Source: Escherichia phage Ec_Makalu_003
DNA: 64,000 nucleotides
Strand: one strand, 5' to 3'
Sequence record: MN882349.1
Shown: positions 9,971 to 18,429 of the stretch, in pieces
Numbering within the stretch: position 1 is the first letter of the stretch
How the letters are laid out: each line of letters starts with the position of its first letter
Position numbers and translations under genes: made by a program
Notes under the pieces: model-generated
Databases searched by the model: none
Told to the model about the DNA's origin: nothing
The model's input: only the letters and a program-made list of their open reading frames with translations

Positions 9971-10033
9971 AATATAATCCTCACATCGTTCATTTGATGC
10001 GGCTATTATAGGATAACCGCATTTTCATGTCAA
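9971..10033 (-). promoter_or_regulatory. early promoter/stem-loop cassette copy F
   Basis: minus strand TTGACA, imperfect palindrome GCGGCTAT..ATAACCGC enclosing TATAAT. Confidence 0.5.
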
Positions 10034-10039
10034 CTGTTT

Positions 10040-10414
10040 TTAAAAATCTTCTTCCGGTTTATATCGACCGTCGTCTTCTTGTTTTGGAGTAAATCCTGTA
10101 TGCTTGCGCGGCTTCGCTTCCGGTTTACCAGCAATCATCAAACCAAAACATTTCAGCCCCTTATAACACATAACAATATAAACTACTGTCCACGTTATAG
10201 GCCAGATGATTGCCGCAATACAAAATGCTCCTGTATCGACCTCTTTGGTGTCCTTGTCGAATCTGGCATACAAGCAGAATATAAGATACGAGATCATTGC
10301 ACCAGTAGGCCAAATATAAAGCACATTAACAATATCTTGTGTTGTCACATTATCCTCCTTACATGTCTTGCAGTGCGTAAAAGCATTTTTCTTCATAGTC
10401 ATAGAAAATGTCAA
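10040..10414 (-). CDS. predicted membrane protein
   Basis: 124 aa; two hydrophobic helices; charged C-terminus. Confidence 0.5.
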   Translation of the reverse strand: MTFSMTMKKNAFTHCKTCKEDNVTTQDIVNVLYIWPTGAMISYLIFCLYARFDKDTKEVDTGAFCIAAIIWPITWTVVYIVMCYKGLKCFGLMIAGKPEAKPRKHTGFTPKQEDDGRYKPEEDF

Positions 10415-10637
10415 AGTATGCTTTTTCTACATACTCGCCATTGATCCAAGCGGCAGTAACAATCAGAGTGGTCCAGTTAGATCCGCTCTCAACGGTAAAG
10501 GTTTTAATACCCAGCTTCACAGCAAGGTCACGCGCAAACTGGTCGCAACCACGGCAGGAAGTGATATTGGAAGTTTTGATTTTGATGCCACCGCGAGTTT
10601 TAGAAATTTCTACTTTAGCGAAAGACAGGTTGCTCAT
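10359..10637 (-). CDS. hypothetical protein
   Basis: 92-aa ORF with promoter cassette upstream. Confidence 0.5.
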   Translation of the reverse strand: MSNLSFAKVEISKTRGGIKIKTSNITSCRGCDQFARDLAVKLGIKTFTVESGSNWTTLIVTAAWINGEYVEKAYFDIFYDYEEKCFYALQDM

Positions 10638-10707
10638 TTTGATTCTCCTTAAAAAGTGTGTTTCGTTTTGATGTGTGTAGTATAGGGGATCGGCGATCCC
10701 CTGTCAA
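10638..10707 (-). promoter_or_regulatory. early promoter/stem-loop cassette copy G
   Basis: minus strand TTGACA-GGGGATCGCCGATCCCC-TATACT; the 17-nt spacer is a perfect palindrome with two GATC sites. Confidence 0.65.
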
Positions 10708-10723
10708 CAACTTTTTTATGATT

Positions 10724-11044
10724 TTAGTGAATTAACTCTACACCAAAATGAGGCACAGAGAACGCCTTACGAAACACATATTCATCATGTTTAGGAATCG
10801 CCCCTAACCGCTCTATTTCGCTCGCCATCACGATAAACTGTTTATCTGGTGCATATGCCTTGTGTGCTTCAACAACGCACGGAAAACGCGTTTTAGAGAG
10901 TTCTGGATAGTTTTCTGAATCCAGAAGGACAATGAATACCCTGTTACATTGATTGTAGAATCCTGTTTTTGATTTCATCAAGTTTTCTTCTATGTTCAAG
11001 TCGTGCAATCTTCTTTTCATGATTTCGTTGGTTCTTGTCTTCAC
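10724..11044 (-). CDS. hypothetical protein (true start may be an internal Met)
   Basis: 106-aa ORF overlapping the upstream ORF by about 100 nt in another frame. Confidence 0.35.
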   Translation of the reverse strand: MKTRTNEIMKRRLHDLNIEENLMKSKTGFYNQCNRVFIVLLDSENYPELSKTRFPCVVEAHKAYAPDKQFIVMASEIERLGAIPKHDEYVFRKAFSVPHFGVELIH

Positions 11045-11282
11045 AGTTTACCCACTCAACAAGATCTTTACCTAACTCAAAAGCCCATTCTCGGTCTTGC
11101 TTTACGTTTTGTAGGTATGGACTTTCCGACACTCGACGAAGTGATGTTGTCGTAACAAGAATGACCCCATGAATGGTCGGATGCTCCTTACCATATACAA
11201 TCGGACGGGAATCCCTTTCGACACCTTGTAAGAAGGTGTATCCTGAATCATTCAGCAACAAATACATTTTCGGTTCGTTCAT
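10944..11282 (-). CDS. hypothetical protein
   Basis: 112-aa ORF. Confidence 0.4.
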   Translation of the reverse strand: MNEPKMYLLLNDSGYTFLQGVERDSRPIVYGKEHPTIHGVILVTTTSLRRVSESPYLQNVKQDREWAFELGKDLVEWVNCEDKNQRNHEKKIARLEHRRKLDEIKNRILQSM

Positions 11283-11542
11283 TACAGCTTCCTCAACCAG
11301 TTATTAAAGCGAGCAAACAATGATGCTTTTCGTGCTTCTTCTTCGGCTTTGCACGCACGCAAACCACTGAAACACCATTCATAATCATCACTGAAACATG
11401 ATTCAACAGGAACACCCGCATTTCGTAGTTCTCTGGTCGTTATCATAAATCCTTGACATAATGGGCGACCTTCAACAATGATAGGAAGTTTAACTTTTTT
11501 CATGAAAGTATACCCAGCACGGTCAATAATTTCAATCTTCAT
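11282..11542 (-). CDS. small protein, 'GY(T/S)FMK..LPIIVEGRP' family copy 1
   Basis: 86 aa; paralog of 11561..11764 and 14117..14338. Confidence 0.55.
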   Translation of the reverse strand: MKIEIIDRAGYTFMKKVKLPIIVEGRPLCQGFMITTRELRNAGVPVESCFSDDYEWCFSGLRACKAEEEARKASLFARFNNWLRKL

Positions 11543-11560
11543 AATATAATCCTCAATTAA

Positions 11561-11764
11561 TTACACTGCCCAGGCTTCTTTGCTAAGAAAACACCATTTA
11601 TACTCAGGAGAATAACCTTTAATCGCTACGCCAGCTTTTTGCAATTCCTGCGTTTCAACAACATAATCAAGCCCATACGGTCGACCTTCCACGATGATAG
11701 GAAGTTCAACGCCTTTCATGAAAGAATATCCGCCATCGTCAAAAATTTCAATTTTAATTTTCAT
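11561..11764 (-). CDS. small protein, same family copy 2
   Basis: 67 aa; 'GGYSFMKGVELPIIVEGRP'. Confidence 0.55.
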   Translation of the reverse strand: MKIKIEIFDDGGYSFMKGVELPIIVEGRPYGLDYVVETQELQKAGVAIKGYSPEYKWCFLSKEAWAV

Positions 11765-12009
11765 TTTACATTATCTCCATAGATCTTTCCATCAATATCA
11801 ATTTCACCAGCGCGAACATCTAGGATAAGATGCGGTAGGTGTATGTAGTTTTCCCACCCTACGCGCTTCATTTCTTCTACGGTAACGTAAGCCCACCCGT
11901 TCGCTGTAATAAAGTCTACTTCAACCTTGAGAGGAAAGCAAGACTTTTCTATGTCTTCGAATCCGACAATATGTTTTGTTGTTGAATATGGAATATATCC
12001 GGTGATCAT
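11761..12009 (-). CDS. hypothetical protein
   Basis: 82-aa ORF. Confidence 0.45.
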   Translation of the reverse strand: MITGYIPYSTTKHIVGFEDIEKSCFPLKVEVDFITANGWAYVTVEEMKRVGWENYIHLPHLILDVRAGEIDIDGKIYGDNVK

Positions 12010-12440
12010 TTTGTGATCTCCTTATACTCAACACACCATAAGCGGGTAGCCCATGATAAACGCTCATAACGCTGGCAGAAATCGGACCATAGATATTGTG
12101 CACCGTTCGGCATAGTTGAAATATGCGTTTTCTCTCCAACTTTCACGAAAGAAGTGTTCGATTTTGTGATCTCGACCGGAGTATATCCGAAAGCGGGTTC
12201 CAAGCCAACATCTGAACTAAATGCCAATTTAACAGAATTTGTTTTTCTAACCGCTGTCCGGTTTCCTTCTGGGTATAGCACAGCAGGTTTAGCGCCTAAG
12301 CGGATAAACTCACTATTTTTAATAAACAGAATATCATGATAACCGTCATATTCCGACACTTCCATAGTAACAGGAAAATCGACATGTTCTAAACCTGGTA
12401 GATCTCGCATATCATGAAATGTAGCCATCAACTTTTTCAT
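12006..12440 (-). CDS. hypothetical protein, paralog pair member
   Basis: 144 aa; segment 'ITKSN(T/M)SFVKVGE.THI(S/T)TM' shared with 12451..12696. Confidence 0.5.
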   Translation of the reverse strand: MKKLMATFHDMRDLPGLEHVDFPVTMEVSEYDGYHDILFIKNSEFIRLGAKPAVLYPEGNRTAVRKTNSVKLAFSSDVGLEPAFGYTPVEITKSNTSFVKVGEKTHISTMPNGAQYLWSDFCQRYERLSWATRLWCVEYKEITK

Positions 12441-12450
12441 CTTGTATTCC

Positions 12451-12696
12451 TCACTCTTCTGTAATTACTTCATATTCAATTTTCCACACATCAATCGCCC
12501 AGCTTAAAAGCTCATACGATTTACAGAAAGATGACCAAATATACTGTTTTCCGTGCATCGTTGTTATGTGTGTATGCTCGCCAACTTCAACGAAAGACAT
12601 ATTTGACTTTGTGATAACTATAGGAATGTGACCGAAAGGAGGCGGTATTACTGATTCGTTGGTCTTCATTCTATATTCCTCACTCTTCTGTTTCAT
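12451..12696 (-). CDS. hypothetical protein, paralog pair member
   Basis: 81 aa; shares 'VITKSNMSFVEVGEHTHITTM..W..FC..YE.LSWA' with its neighbour. Confidence 0.5.
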   Translation of the reverse strand: MKQKSEEYRMKTNESVIPPPFGHIPIVITKSNMSFVEVGEHTHITTMHGKQYIWSSFCKSYELLSWAIDVWKIEYEVITEE

Positions 12697-12916
12697 TTCT
12701 TTTATATGGTACTATAACAGGATTAAGACAGCAAGCACCAATTGCGTTATGAGCACCACAATTTAAACATTTATAATCATGGAACTTATTAAGGAATCGA
12801 CCGAACTCATAACCGACTAACGCCGCGTGCACTTGAGTCTCGATCTCATCCATATCAGCCAATGTTTTAACCTTCATAATATAATCCTCAAAGGGTAGTT
12901 TTGCGAAGATGGTCAT
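12680..12916 (-). CDS. hypothetical Cys-rich small protein
   Basis: 78 aa; 'CLNCGAHNAIGACC'. Confidence 0.4.
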   Translation of the reverse strand: MTIFAKLPFEDYIMKVKTLADMDEIETQVHAALVGYEFGRFLNKFHDYKCLNCGAHNAIGACCLNPVIVPYKRNETEE

Positions 12917-13178
12917 TACATGCTTTTAATGCATCAGTCGCTGTGTCATAACGAGTATTATCATAGCACCAGTAACCATCTATCAACTGATAAATTAATC
13001 CATCCTTTTTAGCTTCGATGAAAGACAATTCTTTGAAAGTTTCTACTTTCTTTGCTGATAATCCACGATCACGGCGCTTATAGAGTTTAGCTAAAATGCG
13101 TTCAGCTTGTTCCTCTTTATCACCAGACAGATCCCAAATAATGTTGCGGATATGTTTGATTAATTGTTCAGTGGTCAT
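12888..13178 (-). CDS. hypothetical protein
   Basis: 96-aa ORF with promoter cassette upstream. Confidence 0.5.
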   Translation of the reverse strand: MTTEQLIKHIRNIIWDLSGDKEEQAERILAKLYKRRDRGLSAKKVETFKELSFIEAKKDGLIYQLIDGYWCYDNTRYDTATDALKACNDHLRKTTL

Positions 13179-13235
13179 CTTTGATTCTCCTTAGTTGGTA
13201 TGCGTGCATTATAGCACTATGATTTTCATTGTCAA
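13179..13235 (-). promoter_or_regulatory. early promoter/stem-loop cassette copy H
   Basis: minus strand TTGACA-N16-TATAAT; short GTGC..GCAC stem. Confidence 0.5.
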
Positions 13236-13240
13236 CAACT

Positions 13241-13272
13241 AAAAACAAAAAAGGCTACCCCGAAGGATAGCC
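13241..13272 (-). terminator. rho-independent terminator after glycine-rich gene
   Basis: GGCTACCC-CGAA-GGATAGCC hairpin plus U-tract on minus strand. Confidence 0.6.
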
Positions 13273-13279
13273 CATAAAA

Positions 13280-14059
13280 TTACACGCGAGCACCGTAGAT
13301 CGTGCCTACTTTATCCCAGCGAGGGGCATTGCCAGTAACAGCCTTACCAGCCGCCCCGCCATTATATTCCGATCCCTGTCCACGGATATTACATTTACCA
13401 CCAGCACCGCCAGCATCACCACCGTTACCGCCATTATATACACCGTTGACAGACCCTTTACCTGGCGCGGAAATAGTACCAGCAGTAGCACCCCGTTCCA
13501 TATTAGCAGACCCTCCAGCAGCACCAAACGGACGACCGCCGCCACCACCAAAGGTTAATTTCATTTGTGACATAGGAGACCAGTATCCGCCGCCACCGCC
13601 GCCACCGCCACCGCAAATAGCGCCGTTATTTGTGATGCGTAAGCGTGTGCCTATACCGTTGTTAATTGCATTACCACCAGCACCACCAGCGGAGTTATTG
13701 CCACCATTACCACCACGCCCCCAAACATGAACACCGGGGTTAATGATCAATGTTACATATTCGTTTGTTAACGAGCTAGGGAAGTCAAGACAAGGAACGC
13801 CAGTAGAATGGGAAACAATATTACCTGTGATAGTAATTACTACCGGAGTAGATCCTTGTGCTTTCATCCAGTTAATAAGAGTGTCTTTATTGTAAGAGTC
13901 ACTAGCGCCAATGCTATAATGAATCTCTTTAGAGCGTCCGACCATCGCTGACATATACGCCGGACGGCCTAAGCGTACAGCTTGCATTGCGGCGCTCATC
14001 CACCGTTGACCTGTTTCTGATACGGCAGATGAACCGACCCACCCAGAAGATATTGCCAT
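13280..14059 (-). CDS. glycine-rich low-complexity protein of unknown function
   Basis: 259 aa; structured N-terminal ~110 aa, then GG(N/A)GG repeats including a run of nine Gly; local GC content visibly above neighbours. Confidence 0.6.
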   Translation of the reverse strand: MAISSGWVGSSAVSETGQRWMSAAMQAVRLGRPAYMSAMVGRSKEIHYSIGASDSYNKDTLINWMKAQGSTPVVITITGNIVSHSTGVPCLDFPSSLTNEYVTLIINPGVHVWGRGGNGGNNSAGGAGGNAINNGIGTRLRITNNGAICGGGGGGGGGYWSPMSQMKLTFGGGGGRPFGAAGGSANMERGATAGTISAPGKGSVNGVYNGGNGGDAGGAGGKCNIRGQGSEYNGGAAGKAVTGNAPRWDKVGTIYGARV

Positions 14060-14065
14060 AAAATT

Positions 14066-14094
14066 TCCTCACAAGAAAAGCCCCAATTAAGGGG
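14066..14094 (-). terminator. hairpin/terminator immediately upstream of glycine-rich gene
   Basis: GCCCC-TTAATT-GGGGC followed by UUUUCUU on minus strand, ending a few nt before the RBS. Confidence 0.45.
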
Positions 14095-14116
14095 CATTGT
14101 TGATTGATAATATTAC

Positions 14117-14338
14117 TTAGATGATCTCAGCTTCACCATTCAGGAAGAAAGACCAAGTTTTGTTTGGGTAACGACGCGCCCATGATTCGGCGGTTTTAAC
14201 ACCAGCTTCGAACAATTGACGGCTGGTTACTTTAGCCATACCATCTTCGATGGCAACGTTTTCAATAATCATCGGGTACTTAGCGCCACGCATGAAACCG
14301 AAGCCAGCGGAAGATTTGATAATTTTAACAGTTGCCAT
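14117..14338 (-). CDS. small protein, 'GF(G/S)FM..PxII' family copy 3
   Basis: 73 aa; 'SAGFGFMRGAKYPMIIENV' is related to 11282 and 11561 products. Confidence 0.5.
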   Translation of the reverse strand: MATVKIIKSSAGFGFMRGAKYPMIIENVAIEDGMAKVTSRQLFEAGVKTAESWARRYPNKTWSFFLNGEAEII

Positions 14339-14408
14339 TTTTGATTCTCCTAGAAAGTGTATCTCGTTTCGATGGGTGTATTATGCAATAACACCGGATC
14401 GCTGTCAA
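14339..14408 (-). promoter_or_regulatory. early promoter/stem-loop cassette copy I
   Basis: conserved RBS and leader; -35 TGTCAA (rc) at 14403-14408. Confidence 0.55.
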
Positions 14409-14427
14409 CACTTTCTAAGAAAATTTT

Positions 14428-14712
14428 TTAAACTAATCGAAGATAGCCCAGAATTTCAGCACCTTTAGCCAGACCTAAAACTTCCCAATCAAGGTCGCCG
14501 TAGTCATAATTTGCAACCATCAGTTCACCATTTTTCATGCAGCAATCATGAGAGAAAATTTGCCCTGCATAAACTACGATAGTAATAAACTTTCCTGATT
14601 CTGGCGGTGTGGAAGACAAAGCGACCATATGACCATTCAGCTTAGTCACCAGTGACGGAACAATAAAATTCGGGCTTACCTGAATGCCGTTAAATTCGTT
14701 TGTGTCTTTCAT
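14428..14712 (-). CDS. hypothetical protein
   Basis: 94-aa ORF. Confidence 0.45.
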   Translation of the reverse strand: MKDTNEFNGIQVSPNFIVPSLVTKLNGHMVALSSTPPESGKFITIVVYAGQIFSHDCCMKNGELMVANYDYGDLDWEVLGLAKGAEILGYLRLV

Positions 14713-15059
14713 GCCATACCCCTTAAAACACTAATAGCATAATCATGCTGGTTATTCATAATATCAATTGCATTGTGATAACGAGCTAAACCATCAAGGA
14801 TAAATTCTTGTTTATCTTGTTTCAGCTTAGTATCACGCGCAGCCATAAGAGCATCGAGAACAGGTCCAAAGAGATTGTCCAATTCATCTTCGGTTGCAAT
14901 GTTTCCTATTGCCTCGTCGATCCGTGATTCTAATGCTTGCTTTTCGTTGATCACTTGCTGGGTGTATTCCAGAACATCAAGAATATCGCGGGTAACGTCG
15001 CCGTGATAAGGTATTCCCGCATGAAGATGATCAATTAATCGCTGAATATCAATGTTCAA
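14709..15059 (-). CDS. hypothetical protein
   Basis: 116-aa ORF. Confidence 0.45.
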   Translation of the reverse strand: MNIDIQRLIDHLHAGIPYHGDVTRDILDVLEYTQQVINEKQALESRIDEAIGNIATEDELDNLFGPVLDALMAARDTKLKQDKQEFILDGLARYHNAIDIMNNQHDYAISVLRGMA

Positions 15060-15394
15060 TTGTAGCCCTCCTCTGAAAGTACATCCCAGATCGTTGCGTC
15101 AAGGTGCATTAAATTCCACATAATAGAATCATAACTACCTAAGCCAGAAGTAAAAATTACATCACACTGGCGATAGGTCTTATGAAAATCGGTGGCTGTC
15201 TCGGCATCAATCGGCATATCGTCACCGGAAAGCACCAGACATTTAAGAATCATAACCCTGTTAGCCGTTGGCGCTTGCTTAGTCTTTTCAGCATATTTTT
15301 CGATGATCCGTTTTGCCTTCTCTTCTTTGATACGTCCAGACCAAATCCGGTTTCGGTATTGATTCATAATAATTTCAATCACATCATTTTGCAT
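15056..15394 (-). CDS. hypothetical protein
   Basis: 112-aa ORF. Confidence 0.45.
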   Translation of the reverse strand: MQNDVIEIIMNQYRNRIWSGRIKEEKAKRIIEKYAEKTKQAPTANRVMILKCLVLSGDDMPIDAETATDFHKTYRQCDVIFTSGLGSYDSIMWNLMHLDATIWDVLSEEGYN

Positions 15395-15593
15395 TCTTTA
15401 CAGTCTCCATAATTGTTTTGTAAGCCAGTTTAAGATGATCACCGAAAAACTTTGCGGTGTTACCTTTCGGATCGCGAAGCATGGTTTCTACGATCTCATC
15501 GGCAGTAACAATTTCTCCTTTCTTTGCTGCATGTTCTACCATATACTTCAAAGTTTCTTCGGAAGCAAGTGCTGCGGCTACTGGATTAATCAT
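15384..15593 (-). CDS. hypothetical protein
   Basis: 69-aa ORF with promoter cassette upstream. Confidence 0.45.
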   Translation of the reverse strand: MINPVAAALASEETLKYMVEHAAKKGEIVTADEIVETMLRDPKGNTAKFFGDHLKLAYKTIMETVKNAK

Positions 15594-15651
15594 TTTGATT
15601 CTCCTTTGTTGTCGATGTGTGCATTATGCTATACTATATTCCGGTTGTCAA
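15594..15651 (-). promoter_or_regulatory. early promoter/stem-loop cassette copy J
   Basis: conserved RBS/leader; -35 TGTCAA (rc) at 15646-15651. Confidence 0.5.
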
Positions 15652-15659
15652 CACCTAAA

Positions 15660-15692
15660 AACGAAAAAGCCACCCTTTCGGATGGCTTTTGA
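15660..15692 (-). terminator. rho-independent terminator
   Basis: AGCCACCC-TTTC-GGATGGCT hairpin with flanking T/A runs. Confidence 0.55.
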
Positions 15693-15921
15693 TTATATTT
15701 TATTCACGTCCATTTGTATAGTAGTGTTTGAATCGACCTTTGCTAAACTAGTTAAACATAGTAACCAATTCACCATCCCTTTCCAATGATAACCCTTCCT
15801 CGTCTTAGACGGGTCTTCCGATTCGGCAGTAATTGAACACGCGAAAGTATGAGGAAGCCAAATAGTTGTGTTAATGCTAGTATTCTTTTACTTCTGGTAT
15901 GCATCCACCCTGTGACTAACA

Positions 15922-16320
15922 TTAAGCTAGTCGAGTGAGTTTATAAATTGTTTTAAAGCATAGAATTTTGATATCGTCTAAAACGCTCTGTAACGAGCTA
16001 TCAACATCATTATAAATCTCACTAGCCATTTGCGTTAACTCTTGCAAATAGGCAATTTCGCTAATCTCCTTGCGGACGACCAACGTTGGCTGATAACGAC
16101 CAGTGATCCCAATATTGGTTTCAGTGAAATTATCAACCAATTCTTGCATTTCAAGATAGAACTCTTCTAGAGCCTTATGTTTTGCATAAGATCCAGGACC
16201 AGTTACCCCAAAATGCGCAGAATGCATATAAGTAACACTCATCAGACATTCACCGATAAAGCGGTCAACTTTATTAGCTTTCCCATCTTCGGACGTCTTT
16301 CGAAAATCACTGAATTTCAT
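15922..16320 (-). CDS. hypothetical protein, tentatively ferritin/Dps-like
   Basis: Start reassigned to 'MKFSDFRK' after a GGAGAATC RBS; 'HSAHFGVTGPG..HKALEEFY' resembles the Dps ferroxidase-site pattern as far as I recall it. Confidence 0.3.
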   Translation of the reverse strand: MKFSDFRKTSEDGKANKVDRFIGECLMSVTYMHSAHFGVTGPGSYAKHKALEEFYLEMQELVDNFTETNIGITGRYQPTLVVRKEISEIAYLQELTQMASEIYNDVDSSLQSVLDDIKILCFKTIYKLTRLA

Positions 16321-16609
16321 GTTCTCGATTCTCCACATTATGCAGCATAACAAATTGGTTTGCGGCATATTCCCCCATAATAAAACACTGCTTAGAATCC
16401 ATACATTTACTACGAGCATACATCTTCATAATATGGGCATGAAACTTCTGGCTGGTTTCAATGGAAGGTGATATTTTGTTTACATATACTATCATTGCAC
16501 CGTCGAAATAATCAGTAAAGTCACCAGTTGGATCATATTGATCAGCACTGACACTTCCGACCGCAGTCAAGCATATTGCCGCTGTTAGAGTTTTACGAAT
16601 AAATGACAT
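16307..16609 (-). CDS. exported small protein, rI-like (lysis-inhibition regulator) by position and architecture
   Basis: 100 aa; N-terminal signal or anchor segment; sits next to tk where T4 has rI. Confidence 0.4.
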   Translation of the reverse strand: MSFIRKTLTAAICLTAVGSVSADQYDPTGDFTDYFDGAMIVYVNKISPSIETSQKFHAHIMKMYARSKCMDSKQCFIMGEYAANQFVMLHNVENREHEIQ

Positions 16610-16642
16610 AAGTCATTCCCCCAGATTTAAAATATTCAGTTA

Positions 16643-16650
16643 TATTTATA
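16643..16650 (-). promoter_or_regulatory. late-promoter-like TATAAATA upstream of rI-like gene
   Basis: minus-strand TATAAATA about 34 nt upstream of the ATG, inside a stem-loop. Confidence 0.4.
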
Positions 16651-16677
16651 ATCTGGGGCTTTATTTATGATTAACTC

Positions 16678-17274
16678 TTAGTTGGTAGTGCCATCAATAA
16701 AATGTTTACGGCACACAGAGACATATTTATCCTCTGCACCAACTTCTATTTGAGCACCATCGCGAATAACATTACCCTCTTTATCTACACGAAGGACCAT
16801 TGTTGCTTTCTTGCCACAATGACAAATACCCTTCATTTCGACCAGTTTATCAGCAAATGCCATCAATGCAGCAGATCCTTCAAATAGATTGCCCTGAAAG
16901 TCAGTGCGAAGACCATAACACAGGACAGGGATATTTGCATCATCAACAAGCGCACACAAGCCTAAAACATGCTCTTTAGTCATAAATTGGGCTTCGTCTA
17001 CAAAAACTGCATCTGGACGCCATCGATCCGGTCTACGCTTACCTAACGATTCACGATAAACCAAGTCGAAAAGATCATCCGATTCAGTGAAGGTGATCGC
17101 TGGAGCACTTAGGCCAATTCGGGAAACAACTTCACTTTCTGAATCTCGATTATCAATCGCTGGCTTAAGAATTAATACTCGCATATCACGTTCGGTATAG
17201 TTATAAGCACTTTGTAACAGGGAAGTTGATTTGCCAGCGTTCATAGATGCATAGTAGAAATATAATTGCGCCAT
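16678..17274 (-). CDS. tk: thymidine kinase
   Basis: 198 aa; P-loop 'SMNAGKST'; C-terminal Zn-binding 'CHCGKKA..CRKH'. Confidence 0.9.
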   Translation of the reverse strand: MAQLYFYYASMNAGKSTSLLQSAYNYTERDMRVLILKPAIDNRDSESEVVSRIGLSAPAITFTESDDLFDLVYRESLGKRRPDRWRPDAVFVDEAQFMTKEHVLGLCALVDDANIPVLCYGLRTDFQGNLFEGSAALMAFADKLVEMKGICHCGKKATMVLRVDKEGNVIRDGAQIEVGAEDKYVSVCRKHFIDGTTN

Positions 17275-17567
17275 TAATTAATCTCCAAAAATCCAGCAAG
17301 ACCTAAGCCGATATAAGTCCAAATACAAAGTAAAAAGAAGCAAACACCCATAACAAAGATAAATCCGCGTAGTGTCTTTGGATAACCTACCCAATATTCC
17401 CGACCATCTTCTAACCGGATCAGCTTATTTCCTTGAGAGTCCATATCAATTACAACATGTTTATTTCTGGATTGTAAAAGATATTGCTTGACAATCTCAA
17501 TACCCGCCATAATAACAATAACGAAATTGAAAGTCCACATAACAAGGTTAATGATAGTCTCAAGCAT
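17274..17567 (-). CDS. predicted membrane protein
   Basis: 97 aa; two hydrophobic segments. Confidence 0.5.
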   Translation of the reverse strand: MLETIINLVMWTFNFVIVIMAGIEIVKQYLLQSRNKHVVIDMDSQGNKLIRLEDGREYWVGYPKTLRGFIFVMGVCFFLLCIWTYIGLGLAGFLEIN

Positions 17568-17802
17568 TTTCTATCACCTCCACCCAATCAGGGGTTTCCT
17601 GAAAGACTCCTTCGCCTTCATGATGGTCGCAACCTTTATTGCTGCAATACATCCACCAATCCCACATTCCCCACGGTAAACGCTGCATATCGTCGTTACA
17701 GCAAGTGAAGATGATAGGCCAACCACATCTAACACATCGGCAGTTTTCCTTCATGTGAGCGGTATTAGGCTTCTTCATAGATGACTCCAATATAATCGAC
17801 AT
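17560..17802 (-). CDS. Cys/Trp-rich small protein (putative Zn-binding)
   Basis: 80 aa; 'CRCVRCG..CCND..CSNKGCDHH'. Confidence 0.45.
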   Translation of the reverse strand: MSIILESSMKKPNTAHMKENCRCVRCGWPIIFTCCNDDMQRLPWGMWDWWMYCSNKGCDHHEGEGVFQETPDWVEVIENA

Positions 17803-18005
17803 TTACATGTAGGGCAATGCGGTTCTTTAATATAATACCCGTCTGTCTTTGGAACACTAACAGGAGCGGTTTTTATATTGTATTCAGTGAAACAACGAAA
17901 ACAAGTTACGTTTTCTACAGACTGACGTTTAACCCAATCGCCGGAATATAGATCATTTTTATTTGCCATATTCAACCACCACAATATTGATATCTGGAGT
18001 AGCAA
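17775..18005 (-). CDS. Cys-rich small protein (putative Zn-ribbon)
   Basis: 76 aa; 'CFRCF..CPTCKC'. Confidence 0.4.
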   Translation of the reverse strand: MLLQISILWWLNMANKNDLYSGDWVKRQSVENVTCFRCFTEYNIKTAPVSVPKTDGYYIKEPHCPTCKCRLYWSHL

Positions 18006-18414
18006 TATTAATGATTTCTTCTACGCATTCCCACTCAAGGCCACCGATACCGCAACCGATTTTAGGGATATAGAAAGGCTGTATAGCACCTTCAAAAACA
18101 TCATTGAGAGACTCAAATCCTTTCAGGATAGCACTATATTCAGCATTTGGACCAGGTCGGAATTGGGTATAGAGATTCACCCCGCACCAGTTATAACCAT
18201 TAACTTGATGAGTCCAGACACTAAACCCACCCAGCTTTTCTACCTTACCGCGAGAAGTTTGCTTGTCAATCTCTAACGCTTGCGGGAACTCTTTTGCGAT
18301 ATCCGCAGCAATACCAGCGCCCATAGTATGAAAACAATTACAACCATGAATTAAATGACCGTTTCCTTGTTTAAACAGGGCGATGAGATCGCCCTTTACA
18401 GTATCAATAATCAT
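17959..18414 (-). CDS. macro-domain protein (ADP-ribose binding/processing)
   Basis: 151 aa; 'HGCNCFHTMGAGIAADIAKEFP' and 'IPKIGCGIGGL' match macro-domain core motifs. Confidence 0.7.
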   Translation of the reverse strand: MIIDTVKGDLIALFKQGNGHLIHGCNCFHTMGAGIAADIAKEFPQALEIDKQTSRGKVEKLGGFSVWTHQVNGYNWCGVNLYTQFRPGPNAEYSAILKGFESLNDVFEGAIQPFYIPKIGCGIGGLEWECVEEIINIATPDINIVVVEYGK

Positions 18415-18429
18415 AATATAAACCTCTAA

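Noticed and set aside
1572-15789. Plus-strand ORFs throughout the early region (for example 1572..1841, 2208..2597, 4542..4913, 13302..13730)
   Set aside because: All lie antisense within better-supported minus-strand genes, lack RBSs, and have low-complexity or odd composition (13302..13730 is just the Pro-rich mirror of the Gly-rich gene).
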